Part shown: positions 35,991-45,107 of the stretch, piece after piece
How positions within the stretch are numbered: the first letter of the stretch is position 1
Layout: every line of letters begins with the position of its first letter
Assembly (NCBI GenBank): GCA_937879965.1
Contig: CALFMP010000054.1
Coordinates: 148,909 to 212,908 of the forward strand
DNA: 64,000 nt
Source of the DNA: an uncultured Candidatus Melainabacteria bacterium
Lineage (GTDB): Bacteria > Cyanobacteriota > Vampirovibrionia > Obscuribacterales > Obscuribacteraceae
Reading direction: 5' to 3'
The notes under the pieces: generated by a model
The model's input: the letters and a program-made list of their open reading frames with translations, nothing else
Database searches by the model: none
Told to the model about the DNA's origin: nothing
Translations under genes and position numbers: made by a program

Positions 35991-36872
35991 ATGAATATCA
36001 CCCGCATCGCCTACATCCTAGTCTCGCTCGCCTCAATGGCAATTTCTGCCATTCCGGCTGAAGCGCGCAGTTATTACGTGCGCGAGACGCAGGGCACGGT
36101 GGAAATCAGAGGCTGGGAAAAGGGCATCATCAAAAAGAATCCCAACCTGAAGCGTTGGCATTGGATGCCGATAACGGCAAGCTATAACCATATGAAACCA
36201 GTCGCTCCTTCCAAAAAACCTTGGAAGGTTCAACGTGTTCTGCGCAAGGCTCCTGTTGATCGCATTGTTCAAAATCCTCACTACGTTCGCATGAATCACG
36301 CGTCGCTTCCGACTGCCCGCAATAACGACGGCAGCATGCGTCGCAACCCACGCGTCAGCAATCCGCTCGTCACGCACGATGTCGACGGTTCTATAAGAGC
36401 GCGCGATGTGGAAGCAAAACTCCGCATGCAACGCACAAACCCACAACTGGCTATGCGCGATGTCAATGCAGGTCTTTCAGTTCCAGTAGTGCGAGGACAG
36501 TACAGACTGGCGAAACATGAAGTTGCGGGCTATCTCGCAAACAAGAAAACAGATATCAAACTGGCATCGCACGATCTCAACGGTCAACTCGCAAACCACG
36601 CCGTCGCTGGTCAATTGGCTAACCGTGCGGTCGCAGGTCAATTGGCATCACGCAATGTAGACGGTCGCTTGATCTCGCAAAACGTCGCCGGCACGATCGC
36701 ATCGAAAACAGTTTCAGCAGATCTGATAACACCGATTGAACGCCGCTACGAGTTCGACTATCGCGGACCAGCCGGCGGATTCGATGACACCCTGGTCTTC
36801 TCCAGCGGATACCAATCCGTAAGAAGCGGGGTCGCAGCCAGACTGGCAAAGAGAAATAACCGCAAGTTCTAG
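35991..36872 (+). CDS. Secreted repeat protein (tandem short x-(D/N)-(V/L)-x-G-x-(L/I)-A repeats)
   Basis: ATG at 35991 gives a signal peptide (ILVSLASMAISAIPAEA). The C-terminal half has more than 10 degenerate ~10-aa repeats (HDLNGQLANHAVAGQLANRAVAGQLASRNVDGRLISQNVAGTIAS). Confidence 0.55.
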   Translation: MNITRIAYILVSLASMAISAIPAEARSYYVRETQGTVEIRGWEKGIIKKNPNLKRWHWMPITASYNHMKPVAPSKKPWKVQRVLRKAPVDRIVQNPHYVRMNHASLPTARNNDGSMRRNPRVSNPLVTHDVDGSIRARDVEAKLRMQRTNPQLAMRDVNAGLSVPVVRGQYRLAKHEVAGYLANKKTDIKLASHDLNGQLANHAVAGQLANRAVAGQLASRNVDGRLISQNVAGTIASKTVSADLITPIERRYEFDYRGPAGGFDDTLVFSSGYQSVRSGVAARLAKRNNRKF

Positions 36873-36910
36873 TTCTTTTCGAAGAAACACACGATGTAAA
36901 TCGCCTTGTT

Positions 36911-37087
36911 GTAGGGCGGCATTTCTGCCGCACGCCGGGCGATGCATGGCATCGCCCCTACAGAAGCCGAAACCGCAGGGGCGGCATTTTTGCCGCCCGT
37001 CTGGCGATGCATGGCATCGCCCCTACAGAAGCCGAAACGTAGGGGCGGCATTTTTGCCGCCCGTCTGGCGATGCATGGCATCGCCCC
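36911..37087. repeat. Tandem array of a 64-nt composite REP unit (2.75 copies)
   Basis: The unit is GTAGGGGCGGCATTTTTGCCGCCC-GTCT-GGCGATGCATGGCATCGCCCCTACAGAAGCCGAAAC, starting at 36911, 36975 and 37039. Lies between convergent genes. Confidence 0.9.
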
Positions 37088-37089
37088 TT

Positions 37090-38292
37090 TTATTTAGCGG
37101 GCGTCAGCTCTTTCACCGTCGCAAGAGCGTTCTTCAGGTCTTCCATCAGATCATCGAGGTCTTCGATACCGACCGAGAGGCGGACGAGACCATCGACGAA
37201 CCCGCGTGCCTCACGCTCTTCTCTGGGTACTGCGCCGTGCGTCATAACTGCCGGGTGGGTCATCAGTGACTCAACACCGCCGAGGCTCTCTGCGAGAACA
37301 AACAGCTTAGTTGCACCCATGACTTTCTTGGCATTGTCCAATCCGCCTTTGACGACGAAGGTAACCATGCCACCGAATCCGCGCATCTGCTTTTTGGCAA
37401 GCTCATGTTGTGGATGCGATTTGAGACCAGGGTAGAGAACACGCTCGACCGCCGGGTGGCTTTCGAGGAATTTGGCAATCTCAGCAGCATTCTTCTCGTG
37501 TGCTTGCATTCTGATAGCCAGCGTCTTCAAGCCACGCATAGTCAGGTAGCAGTCCATTGGACCAGGCGTTCCACCAATTGCGTTTTGGTGGAATTTGACT
37601 TGTTCGTAGACTTGCTCGTCGTTTGTGATAACGGCACCGCCGACAACATCACTGTGTCCGCCGATGAATTTTGTGGTCGAATGAACCACTACATCAATGC
37701 CGTAATCCAGCGGATTTTGCAGGTATGGGCTGGCGAATGTGTTGTCGATGACAGTCAAAAGTTTGCGTTCTTTTGTGCTGTGCTTTTTAGCGATATCGAC
37801 AAGCGCTTTCAAGTCGACGAGACGGAGAAGCGGGTTGGTTGGAGTTTCAAACCAGAGCATTTTGGTGTTCGGTTTGATCGCCTTTTCAATGTTCTCCGGC
37901 TTCGAACCATCTACATAGGTGAAGGTTAAACCATAGCGGGTCAGCACTTTCTCGAACAAACGATAAGTACCGCCGTAAACATCTTCTTCGCAAACAACGT
38001 GGTCGCCGGATTGCAGGAGGTTCATCGTTGCCGATGTTGCAGCCATACCGGAAGCAAAACACAAGCCGTGTTTGCCGTTTTCCAGTGAAGCGAGACAGGT
38101 TTCCAATGCAGTTCTGGTCGGATTGTTGCTGCGTCCGTACCAGTAACCTTTAGCTTTATATTGATCGAGTTCTTCGTGCACATAGGTCGATGTAAAAAAC
38201 ACCGGCACGTTTACTGCACCTGAAGTCGGCTCCGGGTCTTGACCGGCGTGAATCGCACGAGTCGAGAATTTCATTTTGTCTGTACCGGACAT
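37090..38292 (-). CDS. Cystathionine gamma-lyase/gamma-synthase family PLP enzyme (Cys/Met metabolism)
   Basis: 400 aa. Family layout with the PLP-lysine context HSTTKFIGGHSD. Abuts the CBS gene with no spacer, suggesting a reverse transsulfuration pair. Confidence 0.9.
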   Translation of the reverse strand: MSGTDKMKFSTRAIHAGQDPEPTSGAVNVPVFFTSTYVHEELDQYKAKGYWYGRSNNPTRTALETCLASLENGKHGLCFASGMAATSATMNLLQSGDHVVCEEDVYGGTYRLFEKVLTRYGLTFTYVDGSKPENIEKAIKPNTKMLWFETPTNPLLRLVDLKALVDIAKKHSTKERKLLTVIDNTFASPYLQNPLDYGIDVVVHSTTKFIGGHSDVVGGAVITNDEQVYEQVKFHQNAIGGTPGPMDCYLTMRGLKTLAIRMQAHEKNAAEIAKFLESHPAVERVLYPGLKSHPQHELAKKQMRGFGGMVTFVVKGGLDNAKKVMGATKLFVLAESLGGVESLMTHPAVMTHGAVPREEREARGFVDGLVRLSVGIEDLDDLMEDLKNALATVKELTPAK

Positions 38293-39729
38293 TTACTTCT
38301 TCGCCCCCATTTTGGTTTCTTCTTTCTTGTGCTTAACGAGTTCTTTCTCGACATCTTCATGGCTGCCGACGGCCTCGCGCAAGTGAGTCATGATGTCGAA
38401 TTTGGTGACTACGCCTACCGCTTTGCCCTCTTTGGTCAAAACGACGAGCGAATTTCCGAGGCGGAAGGTCTTGTAGAGCTGGTCGATTTCAGTGCGAACA
38501 TCAAGTTGCGGGAATGGTCTGCCCATGATCGAGCTGACAGCAATTTTGGCTGGATCTTTACGCTCAAAAACAACTTGCATGGCAACGAGATCATTGATGT
38601 GTCCGACGTTCTGACCATCTTCGGTAACTACAGGAATTTGGTCGACTTGATGCAATTCCATCAGTTCGATGGCGTGCTGAACGTTTTCACCGGGGCTAAC
38701 CACAATCATGTCAGGCAATTTACCGCGTTTGCGTTTGCGCTCGATCAAATCGCTGGCGTAATAAGTATGCCCCGGAGCAGGCAGGAAGCCATTCTCCATC
38801 ATCCATTCATCCGAGAATACTTTGCTCAGATAGCCGCGTCCACCATCAGGAAGAAGAACAACCACTACGTCGTTTTCCGTCAACTTCTCAGCGATACGCA
38901 GAGCTGCTGCTGTTGCCGTACCGGACGAACCGCCAACAAGAATGCCCTCTTCTTGAGCCAAGCGACGGGCAGTGACGAACGAATCTTTGTCACCGATTCG
39001 GACGAATTCGTCGATCAGTTTCAAATCAGCGTTGCGAGGCAGGAAGTCTTCGCCGATGCCTTCGACCTTGTACGGTTGCGCCATATCGCCGGAGTAGATA
39101 GAACCTTCCGGATCCACTCCGATGACTTTGATATTCGGGTTCTTCTCTTTCAAATATCTGCCGATACCGGATATGGTGCCACCGGTTCCGACGCCGGCAA
39201 CAAAGTGTGTGATCTTGCCGCCGGTTTGCTCCCAAATTTCGGGGCCGGTAGTGATGACGTGCGCGCCGGGATTGTTGGGATTTGCGAACTGGTTGGGCTG
39301 GAATGCTCCGGGAATCTCGGCGGTCATTCTGTTGGCAACCGAATAGTAGCTCTCATGAGAGCTAGCGGAAACGGAGGTTGGAACCATCACGACTTCCGCG
39401 CCGTAAGCCCGCAGAAGGTTGATCTTCTCTTGGGCAACTTTGTCAGGGCAAATCAAAATGCAGCGATAGCCTTTTACAGCCGCTATCTGAGCCAGACCCG
39501 TGCCGGTATTGCCGGAAGTCGGTTCGATGATTGTGCCGCCCGGCTTGAGCAGCCCAGCCTTCTCAGCCTCTTCAATCATCTTGAGGGCAGGCCTGTCCTT
39601 CACGGAACCACCTGGATTGAAACACTCCACTTTCGCGAGAATAAGCGGCTTCAGCCCCTTCGAAAGCTTGTTCAGCTTCACCAGCGGCGTTGAACCCACC
39701 GTCTCCAGGATGTTCTCGTAGTACTTCAC
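38293..39729 (-). CDS. Cystathionine beta-synthase (PALP catalytic domain plus C-terminal CBS-pair/Bateman domain)
   Basis: GTG start preceded by AGAGGAGG. PLP-lysine context FNPGGSVKDR, GTGGT loop. The C-terminal ~130 aa form a tandem CBS-domain pattern. Confidence 0.9.
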   Translation of the reverse strand: MKYYENILETVGSTPLVKLNKLSKGLKPLILAKVECFNPGGSVKDRPALKMIEEAEKAGLLKPGGTIIEPTSGNTGTGLAQIAAVKGYRCILICPDKVAQEKINLLRAYGAEVVMVPTSVSASSHESYYSVANRMTAEIPGAFQPNQFANPNNPGAHVITTGPEIWEQTGGKITHFVAGVGTGGTISGIGRYLKEKNPNIKVIGVDPEGSIYSGDMAQPYKVEGIGEDFLPRNADLKLIDEFVRIGDKDSFVTARRLAQEEGILVGGSSGTATAAALRIAEKLTENDVVVVLLPDGGRGYLSKVFSDEWMMENGFLPAPGHTYYASDLIERKRKRGKLPDMIVVSPGENVQHAIELMELHQVDQIPVVTEDGQNVGHINDLVAMQVVFERKDPAKIAVSSIMGRPFPQLDVRTEIDQLYKTFRLGNSLVVLTKEGKAVGVVTKFDIMTHLREAVGSHEDVEKELVKHKKEETKMGAKK

Positions 39730-39822
39730 GTGAAGCAGCCTCCTCTATGAGTCGAGAGTAGGGCGCTTACTAAACGCCCTTTAAAAAACAGATACTAATT
39801 ATATGGGAGCAAGCTAGAATTG

Positions 39823-41439
39823 ATGCCGTATTTAGGATTTACGAATAAACAGCAAATAGCGATGACAAGCGAAAAACACGTCTACGGGCCAGACGATCTG
39901 GCTTCTTTCGAAGAAGAATCCGCCCTCGGGCAGCCGGGTGAATATCCGTTCACCCGAGGAATCTATCGCGATATGTACAGAAGTCGCGGTTGGACTATGA
40001 GACAGTACGCGGGATTCGGCAATGCGCGCGAGACAAACAAAAGATTTCGTTATCTTTTGTCCAACGGACAGACAGGACTTTCAACGGCTTTCGACCTGCC
40101 GACTCAGATGGGCTATGACTCAGACGATCCGCTTGCGCTTGGAGAAGTAGGCAAGACCGGCGTCGCGATCGACAGCCTGGCAGACATGGAAGTGCTGTTC
40201 GACCAAATCGACCTCGGCAAAGTCTCCACGTCCATGACCATCAATGCGACAAGCGCTATTTTGCTTGCTATGTACCGCGCCGTCGGCAAGAAGCAGGGAG
40301 TCGACTCGAAGCTCTTGCAAGGGACCATACAAAACGACATCCTCAAAGAGTACGAAGCGCGCAACACCTACATCTACCCACCAGCGCAGTCAATGCGCCT
40401 GATTACCGACATTTTCGAATTCTGCGCAAAAGAAATGCCGAAGTGGAATACGATTTCCATCAGCGGCTATCACATTCGAGAAGCGGGCGCCACAGCCGTT
40501 CAAGAGCTAGCCTTCACTTTTGCTAATGGGATTGCTTACGTAGAACAAGCTCGCTCGCGTGGTCTCGACGTCGACGTCTTCGCGCCTCAGCTGAGCTTCT
40601 TCTTTGTCGCTCAGATGGACCTTTTTGAAGAGGTGGCGAAATTCCGTGCCGCCCGCAGACTGTGGGCTCGCATCATGAAGGAGAGATTCGGAGCAAAAAA
40701 TCCCAAGTCGATGATGCTGCGCTTCCACGTTCAGACAGCTGGATCCAGCCTCACTCCACAACAGCCGGACAACAACATCGTCCGCACGACAATCGAAGCA
40801 ATGGCAGCCGTACTGGGCGGTGCACAGTCATTGCACACCAACTCGAAGGACGAAGCGCTTTCACTACCGACCGAAGCATCGGCGCTCACAGCCTTGCGTA
40901 CGCAGCAAATCATTGCCTTCGAAACCGGACTCACGTCTGTCGTAGATCCTTTTGCCGGCTCCTATTACGTCGAAGATTTGACGAACAGACTCGAACAGGA
41001 AGTCATCGAATACCTGGATAAAATCGAGAAGATGGGCGGCGCCATGCGCGCGGTTGAAAGCGGTTTCATCCAAAAAGAAATTCAAGATTCGGCATACGAA
41101 TTCCATAAGGATGTCGAGAGCGGGCGCCGCACAGTAGTGGGTGTCAATAAATTCATCGACGAAAAAACCGAGCAGGACAAACTGCATAAAGTAGATCCCA
41201 AACTCGAAGACGAGCAAAAAAAATCGCTGGCTGCATTGAAGGCGAAGCGAGACAACAAGCGAGTCGAGCAGACTCTGGCAAAACTCAGCGAGCTGGCAAA
41301 GCCCCAGGAAGGCGAAACAAAGTCGGAAAACCTCCTGCCCTACATCTGCGAAGCGGTGGAAAGCTACGCCACGGTGGGCGAGATCAGCAACACTCTTCGC
41401 AAAGCTTTCGGCAAGTACCGCCCAACGCCCACGTTGTAA
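39823..41439 (+). CDS. Methylmalonyl-CoA mutase family, large (substrate-binding) subunit without a B12-binding domain
   Basis: Motifs [43 protein letters not shown]. Ends before the cobalamin-binding module. Start uncertain (39820 TTG, 39823 ATG or 39862 ATG). Confidence 0.9.
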   Translation: MPYLGFTNKQQIAMTSEKHVYGPDDLASFEEESALGQPGEYPFTRGIYRDMYRSRGWTMRQYAGFGNARETNKRFRYLLSNGQTGLSTAFDLPTQMGYDSDDPLALGEVGKTGVAIDSLADMEVLFDQIDLGKVSTSMTINATSAILLAMYRAVGKKQGVDSKLLQGTIQNDILKEYEARNTYIYPPAQSMRLITDIFEFCAKEMPKWNTISISGYHIREAGATAVQELAFTFANGIAYVEQARSRGLDVDVFAPQLSFFFVAQMDLFEEVAKFRAARRLWARIMKERFGAKNPKSMMLRFHVQTAGSSLTPQQPDNNIVRTTIEAMAAVLGGAQSLHTNSKDEALSLPTEASALTALRTQQIIAFETGLTSVVDPFAGSYYVEDLTNRLEQEVIEYLDKIEKMGGAMRAVESGFIQKEIQDSAYEFHKDVESGRRTVVGVNKFIDEKTEQDKLHKVDPKLEDEQKKSLAALKAKRDNKRVEQTLAKLSELAKPQEGETKSENLLPYICEAVESYATVGEISNTLRKAFGKYRPTPTL

Positions 41440-41631
41440 GCTTGCATGCCGGCTTTCAGAGGTCGAAAAGCAGCTTCTAGGCTGTACATTTCGGTTTCTG
41501 CAAAGCGCTATGCAGTTCCCCTGACCGGCGACATATATGAGTCCACTATGGACCGGTATATACAGCCGAACATAAAGAACCGCATAACGGGCGGCTCATG
41601 TGCCCATGGCAGACAGTAATATAATTACCTA

Positions 41632-42522
41632 ATGCCAAATCCGCGCGTCTCTGTCGTCATAGTTAATTGGAAAACCCCGGCGCTTCTGGCGCGGTGCCTT
41701 GATTCAATAAAGCTCGAGCCCCAAGCCGACAACTTTGAAATCTGGGTAGTCGACAACAACTCAGGCGACGAGTCAGTCGAAATGCTGAAGACTCGCTATC
41801 CCTACGTCCATCTGATTGAAAACAAAGACAATCTGGGTTTCTCGAAAGCTTGCAATCAAGCCATTCCGGAAAGCAAGGGCGACTACGTACTGCTGCTCAA
41901 TCCGGACACGGAAGTCAAAGACGGCGCCATCGGGAAGCTTTCCGATTTCCTGGTCGAGCATCCTGAGTGCGGGGCGGTCGGACCGAAAGTTCTAAACACA
42001 GACGGCTCCTTGCAACTTGCCTGCCGCCGCTCGTTTCCTTCCGTAAAGGCGGCTTTCTTCCGCATTACTTACCTGAGCAGGTTGTTCCCGAAAAGCAAAA
42101 TGATGTCGGAATACAACCTTACTTTTCAAGACCCAGACAAGACAGTTGAGGTCGATGCACTTTCCGGCTCGTGCATGATGGTTACTCGTCAAGCGATAAA
42201 CAAAATCGGGCTGCTCGATGAGGACATATTCATGTTCGGGGAAGACATCGACTGGTGTTGGCGAATCAAACAAGCGGGCTGGTCGGTTTTTTACCTTCCC
42301 TCTTCGGTCATCTATCACGTTCATGGAGCCTCCAGCCGGCTACGGCCGGTGGGCGCTACAATAAACCTTCACAAAGGCATGGAAGTCTTCTATCGGAAGC
42401 ACTTGGCGGCGAACCACTCGCCAATCTTTAATGCCTTCGTGTATGCTGCAATCTGGGCGCGGGCTTTGCTGTTTATACTTGTAAATCTCGTGCGCGGGCT
42501 TGTGCCAAGGCGAGTGCATTAG
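41632..42522 (+). CDS. Family 2 glycosyltransferase (rhamnosyltransferase-like)
   Basis: VSVVIVNWKT, VDNNSGD, LLNPDT, GSCMMVTR, FGEDIDWCWR: typical GT2 (WbbL-like) motifs. Confidence 0.85.
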   Translation: MPNPRVSVVIVNWKTPALLARCLDSIKLEPQADNFEIWVVDNNSGDESVEMLKTRYPYVHLIENKDNLGFSKACNQAIPESKGDYVLLLNPDTEVKDGAIGKLSDFLVEHPECGAVGPKVLNTDGSLQLACRRSFPSVKAAFFRITYLSRLFPKSKMMSEYNLTFQDPDKTVEVDALSGSCMMVTRQAINKIGLLDEDIFMFGEDIDWCWRIKQAGWSVFYLPSSVIYHVHGASSRLRPVGATINLHKGMEVFYRKHLAANHSPIFNAFVYAAIWARALLFILVNLVRGLVPRRVH

Positions 42523-42586
42523 GGCATATTGACGACGATATGTTGAAAACTGGAACATTTAATTCCAAAGAAGCAATAAAATAACT

Positions 42587-42637
42587 GTAGGGGCGATGCC
42601 ATGCATCGCCCGGGCAACGCTTGGCGTCGCCGCTACG
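42587..42637. repeat. REP-like hairpin pair
   Basis: GTAGGGGCGATGCCATGCATCGCCC followed by GGCGTCGCCGCTAC. Lies between two co-oriented genes. Confidence 0.75.
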
Positions 42638-42698
42638 CAACCCCCCGCAAAACGAATTCTTTAAGGCAACCTCTCATTTATTCAGGCAACTAATTGAA

Positions 42699-43709
42699 AT
42701 GGGTTTCACTGGTCAACGGAAAACGGTACTAGTCACGGGCGCATCGGGCATGATCGGCAGGACGGTGGTTCAGGCGTTGTCTGCCTCACCTGAATGGGAC
42801 ATCCGAGCGCAAGCGCGCAATCCTCAAGAAACCCGAGCCATTCTCGGCGAGATTTGCGACGTCACCCAGGTTTTGATCAGAGAAGCGGACTTCACGCGCA
42901 CCGGCGAACGTGAGATGCGCATGTTGACAAAGGACTGCCACACGATCATTCATTGCGCAGGACTGGTCCACAGACCAGACGCGCCATACCAAGAATATGA
43001 AGTGATGAACGTGCGCGCGACACAATCGCTCGCCGAGGCGGCCGCGTCTAATGGCGTCAACACATTTGTATTTTTAAGCACACAAGCAATTTACGGATTG
43101 GGTCCCTACAATCAAATTGAAGAGAATGGTGCGCTGCAAGCCAAGACACCATATGCGGTATCAAAGGTAACCAGTGAAAAGTTCCTTGAGATGTTCCGCA
43201 ACATCCCCCGCACTGTCACATTGCGCCCATCGCTGGTATATGGCGAAGGCGATCGCGGCAACCTGCTCAACATGATCAAAGAAATCAAAGCAGGCAGATT
43301 TGTTCAAATCGGCGGCGGAACCACAGAGAAAAGCATCATCTACTCTAGAGATCTCGCCGAAGCGATCTTGATGGTGCTGGGACTGCCTGAAGGCTATCAC
43401 GTCTTCAACGTTGCCAATCCAAAACCTTCGACAGTCAAAGAATTAGTCGACACCATTCAAGACTGCTTGGGCGCTCCCAAGAAAGTCTCTTCGATGCCCG
43501 AGCCACTACTCAGATTCGGCGTAAAAGCTGCCGAGTTGCTGATGAAGGAGAAAGCGCCGGTCACGTCAGAGCAAGTGAACAAACTGACCACAACGACAAC
43601 TTGCTCCGTCAACAAGCTCGTACAGGCAACCGGATTCCAACAGCGAACCGGCTTGCGTGAAGGAATCCGTGCAGAGATAGCCTGGGCCAACGCCAAGAAT
43701 CTCCTCTAG
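42699..43709 (+). CDS. NAD-dependent epimerase/dehydratase (extended SDR)
   Basis: ATG at 42699 gives VLVTGASGMIG 10 aa from the N-terminus; the longer ORF from 42621 begins inside the REP element. Canonical YAVSK catalytic motif. Confidence 0.85.
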   Translation: MGFTGQRKTVLVTGASGMIGRTVVQALSASPEWDIRAQARNPQETRAILGEICDVTQVLIREADFTRTGEREMRMLTKDCHTIIHCAGLVHRPDAPYQEYEVMNVRATQSLAEAAASNGVNTFVFLSTQAIYGLGPYNQIEENGALQAKTPYAVSKVTSEKFLEMFRNIPRTVTLRPSLVYGEGDRGNLLNMIKEIKAGRFVQIGGGTTEKSIIYSRDLAEAILMVLGLPEGYHVFNVANPKPSTVKELVDTIQDCLGAPKKVSSMPEPLLRFGVKAAELLMKEKAPVTSEQVNKLTTTTTCSVNKLVQATGFQQRTGLREGIRAEIAWANAKNLL

Positions 43710-43712
43710 TAG

Positions 43713-45107
43713 ATGGCAGCAGGGCTGGCCGAGCTTCTGGACAAACGCTTCGCAATAACCGAGCGCGGTTCATCCATTCGCACTGAATTCGTTGGCGGCG
43801 CCACTACCTTCATGACGATGGCATACATCATCGTCGTCAATCCAGCCATACTGTCATTCGCCGGGTTCCCGGTCGAGCCTTCAACCGTAGCAACGATTGT
43901 CACTGCCGTCTTCGGCTGTTTCCTCATGGGTCTCTACGCCAATCGTCCGCTTGCGGTGGCGCCTTACATGGGAGAAAACGCTTTCATCGCTTTCGGTTTA
44001 GCCGCGATGGCGCTTGGGTGGGAAACCCGCCTGGGGGCTGTATTCGTCAGTGGTATCGCGTTTCTAGTATTGTCTCTGGCAAAGATCCGCCCCTGGTTGG
44101 CAAACTCGATCTCGCAGAGCATGAAACACAGTTTTGCTTGCGGCATTGGCCTGTTTCTTACCCTGATTGGACTTTACGAAACAGGCATTATCACAAGCTC
44201 TGCTAAAGGCATGCCTGCATCCGTCTTGATGGTCCCGGGCACAGGCATCCTGCGCAATCCCGATGTGCCGCTCAAACTTGGCGATTTGCACGACCCACAA
44301 GTGCTGCTTTCGATACTTGGATTTCTCATTATCGTCTGTCTTCTGTACCGGCGCGTCAAAGGGGCGATTCTCATCGGCATGGTCGTTACCGCAGCTATCG
44401 GTTTCATTTGTGGGTTTGGCATGGCGCCGCAAGCCATATTTGGCATGCCGTTCGTGCCTCCATACGACCTCGCGCCGATTGCTTTCAAGCTCGACATACT
44501 TGGCGTTTTGACACTGAAACACCTGCCAATTCTCCTGACACTCTTTCTGATGGGCTTCCTCGACACACTTGGAACCTTGGTCGGCGTCGGTGCAGCCGGC
44601 AACATGCTCGACAAAGAAGGCAACTTCATCGACGTAGAAAAACCGATGATCGTCGATGCTATTTCTTGTATCTTCAGTTCTCTGATCGGCTCTTCCACCA
44701 GCGGCGCATATATTGAATCAGCCGCCGGTGTGAGAGAAGGGGCGCGTACCGGCTTCGCGACCATCATCACCGGACTTCTCTTTGCCAGCTGTCTGTTTTT
44801 CATTCCGTTGCTCACGCCACTGCAGCATCTCAAATATGCTTACGCTCCCGCGCTTATGGCGGTCGGATTGCTAATGCTAGGCTCGATAACGCGAATTGAT
44901 ATGGACGACTTGACCGAATCAACACCTGCTCTTGCCACAATCGCGATGATGATTTTCTCTTACAACATTGCCAACGGATTGACCGCCGGGCTCGTTCTCT
45001 ACACCGTGATCAAAATCGGCACGGGGCGCTGGAAAGACATCAACTCCGGCTCCGTGATCCTCAGCCTGATGTGCCTGACATACTTCATTTTTGGATTGCC
45101 GCACTAG
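43713..45107 (+). CDS. NCS2/AzgA-family purine (adenine/guanine/hypoxanthine) permease
   Basis: 464 aa, 12-14 hydrophobic helices. N-terminus LLDKRFAITERGSSIRTEFVGGATTFMTMAYII is typical of AzgA-like permeases. Confidence 0.9.
   Translation: MAAGLAELLDKRFAITERGSSIRTEFVGGATTFMTMAYIIVVNPAILSFAGFPVEPSTVATIVTAVFGCFLMGLYANRPLAVAPYMGENAFIAFGLAAMALGWETRLGAVFVSGIAFLVLSLAKIRPWLANSISQSMKHSFACGIGLFLTLIGLYETGIITSSAKGMPASVLMVPGTGILRNPDVPLKLGDLHDPQVLLSILGFLIIVCLLYRRVKGAILIGMVVTAAIGFICGFGMAPQAIFGMPFVPPYDLAPIAFKLDILGVLTLKHLPILLTLFLMGFLDTLGTLVGVGAAGNMLDKEGNFIDVEKPMIVDAISCIFSSLIGSSTSGAYIESAAGVREGARTGFATIITGLLFASCLFFIPLLTPLQHLKYAYAPALMAVGLLMLGSITRIDMDDLTESTPALATIAMMIFSYNIANGLTAGLVLYTVIKIGTGRWKDINSGSVILSLMCLTYFIFGLPH

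Noticed and set aside
36911-37087. Possible CRISPR array (regularly spaced repeats), also considered for 52602-52712 and 57097-57250
   Set aside because: The whole unit, including the sequence between hairpins, is repeated. There are therefore no unique spacers. The repeats are self-complementary REP-type hairpins found singly at many other sites, and no cas genes or leader are present.
36869-37269. Short ORFs translated from the REP arrays (36869-37081 and 36946-37269 here; also 3626-3889, 52481-52855, 57093-57317, 57826-58020 and 62097-62507)
   Set aside because: Their sequences are dominated by the recurring hairpin translations (MHRP, GAPAARRLR, AMPCIARR). They are artefacts of the repeats, not genes.
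38239-39693. 484-aa ORF on the plus strand
   Set aside because: It is entirely antisense to the well-supported cystathionine beta-synthase gene (38293-39729, minus). It has odd composition (Phe/Arg/His-rich) and no recognisable motifs, so it is a shadow ORF.
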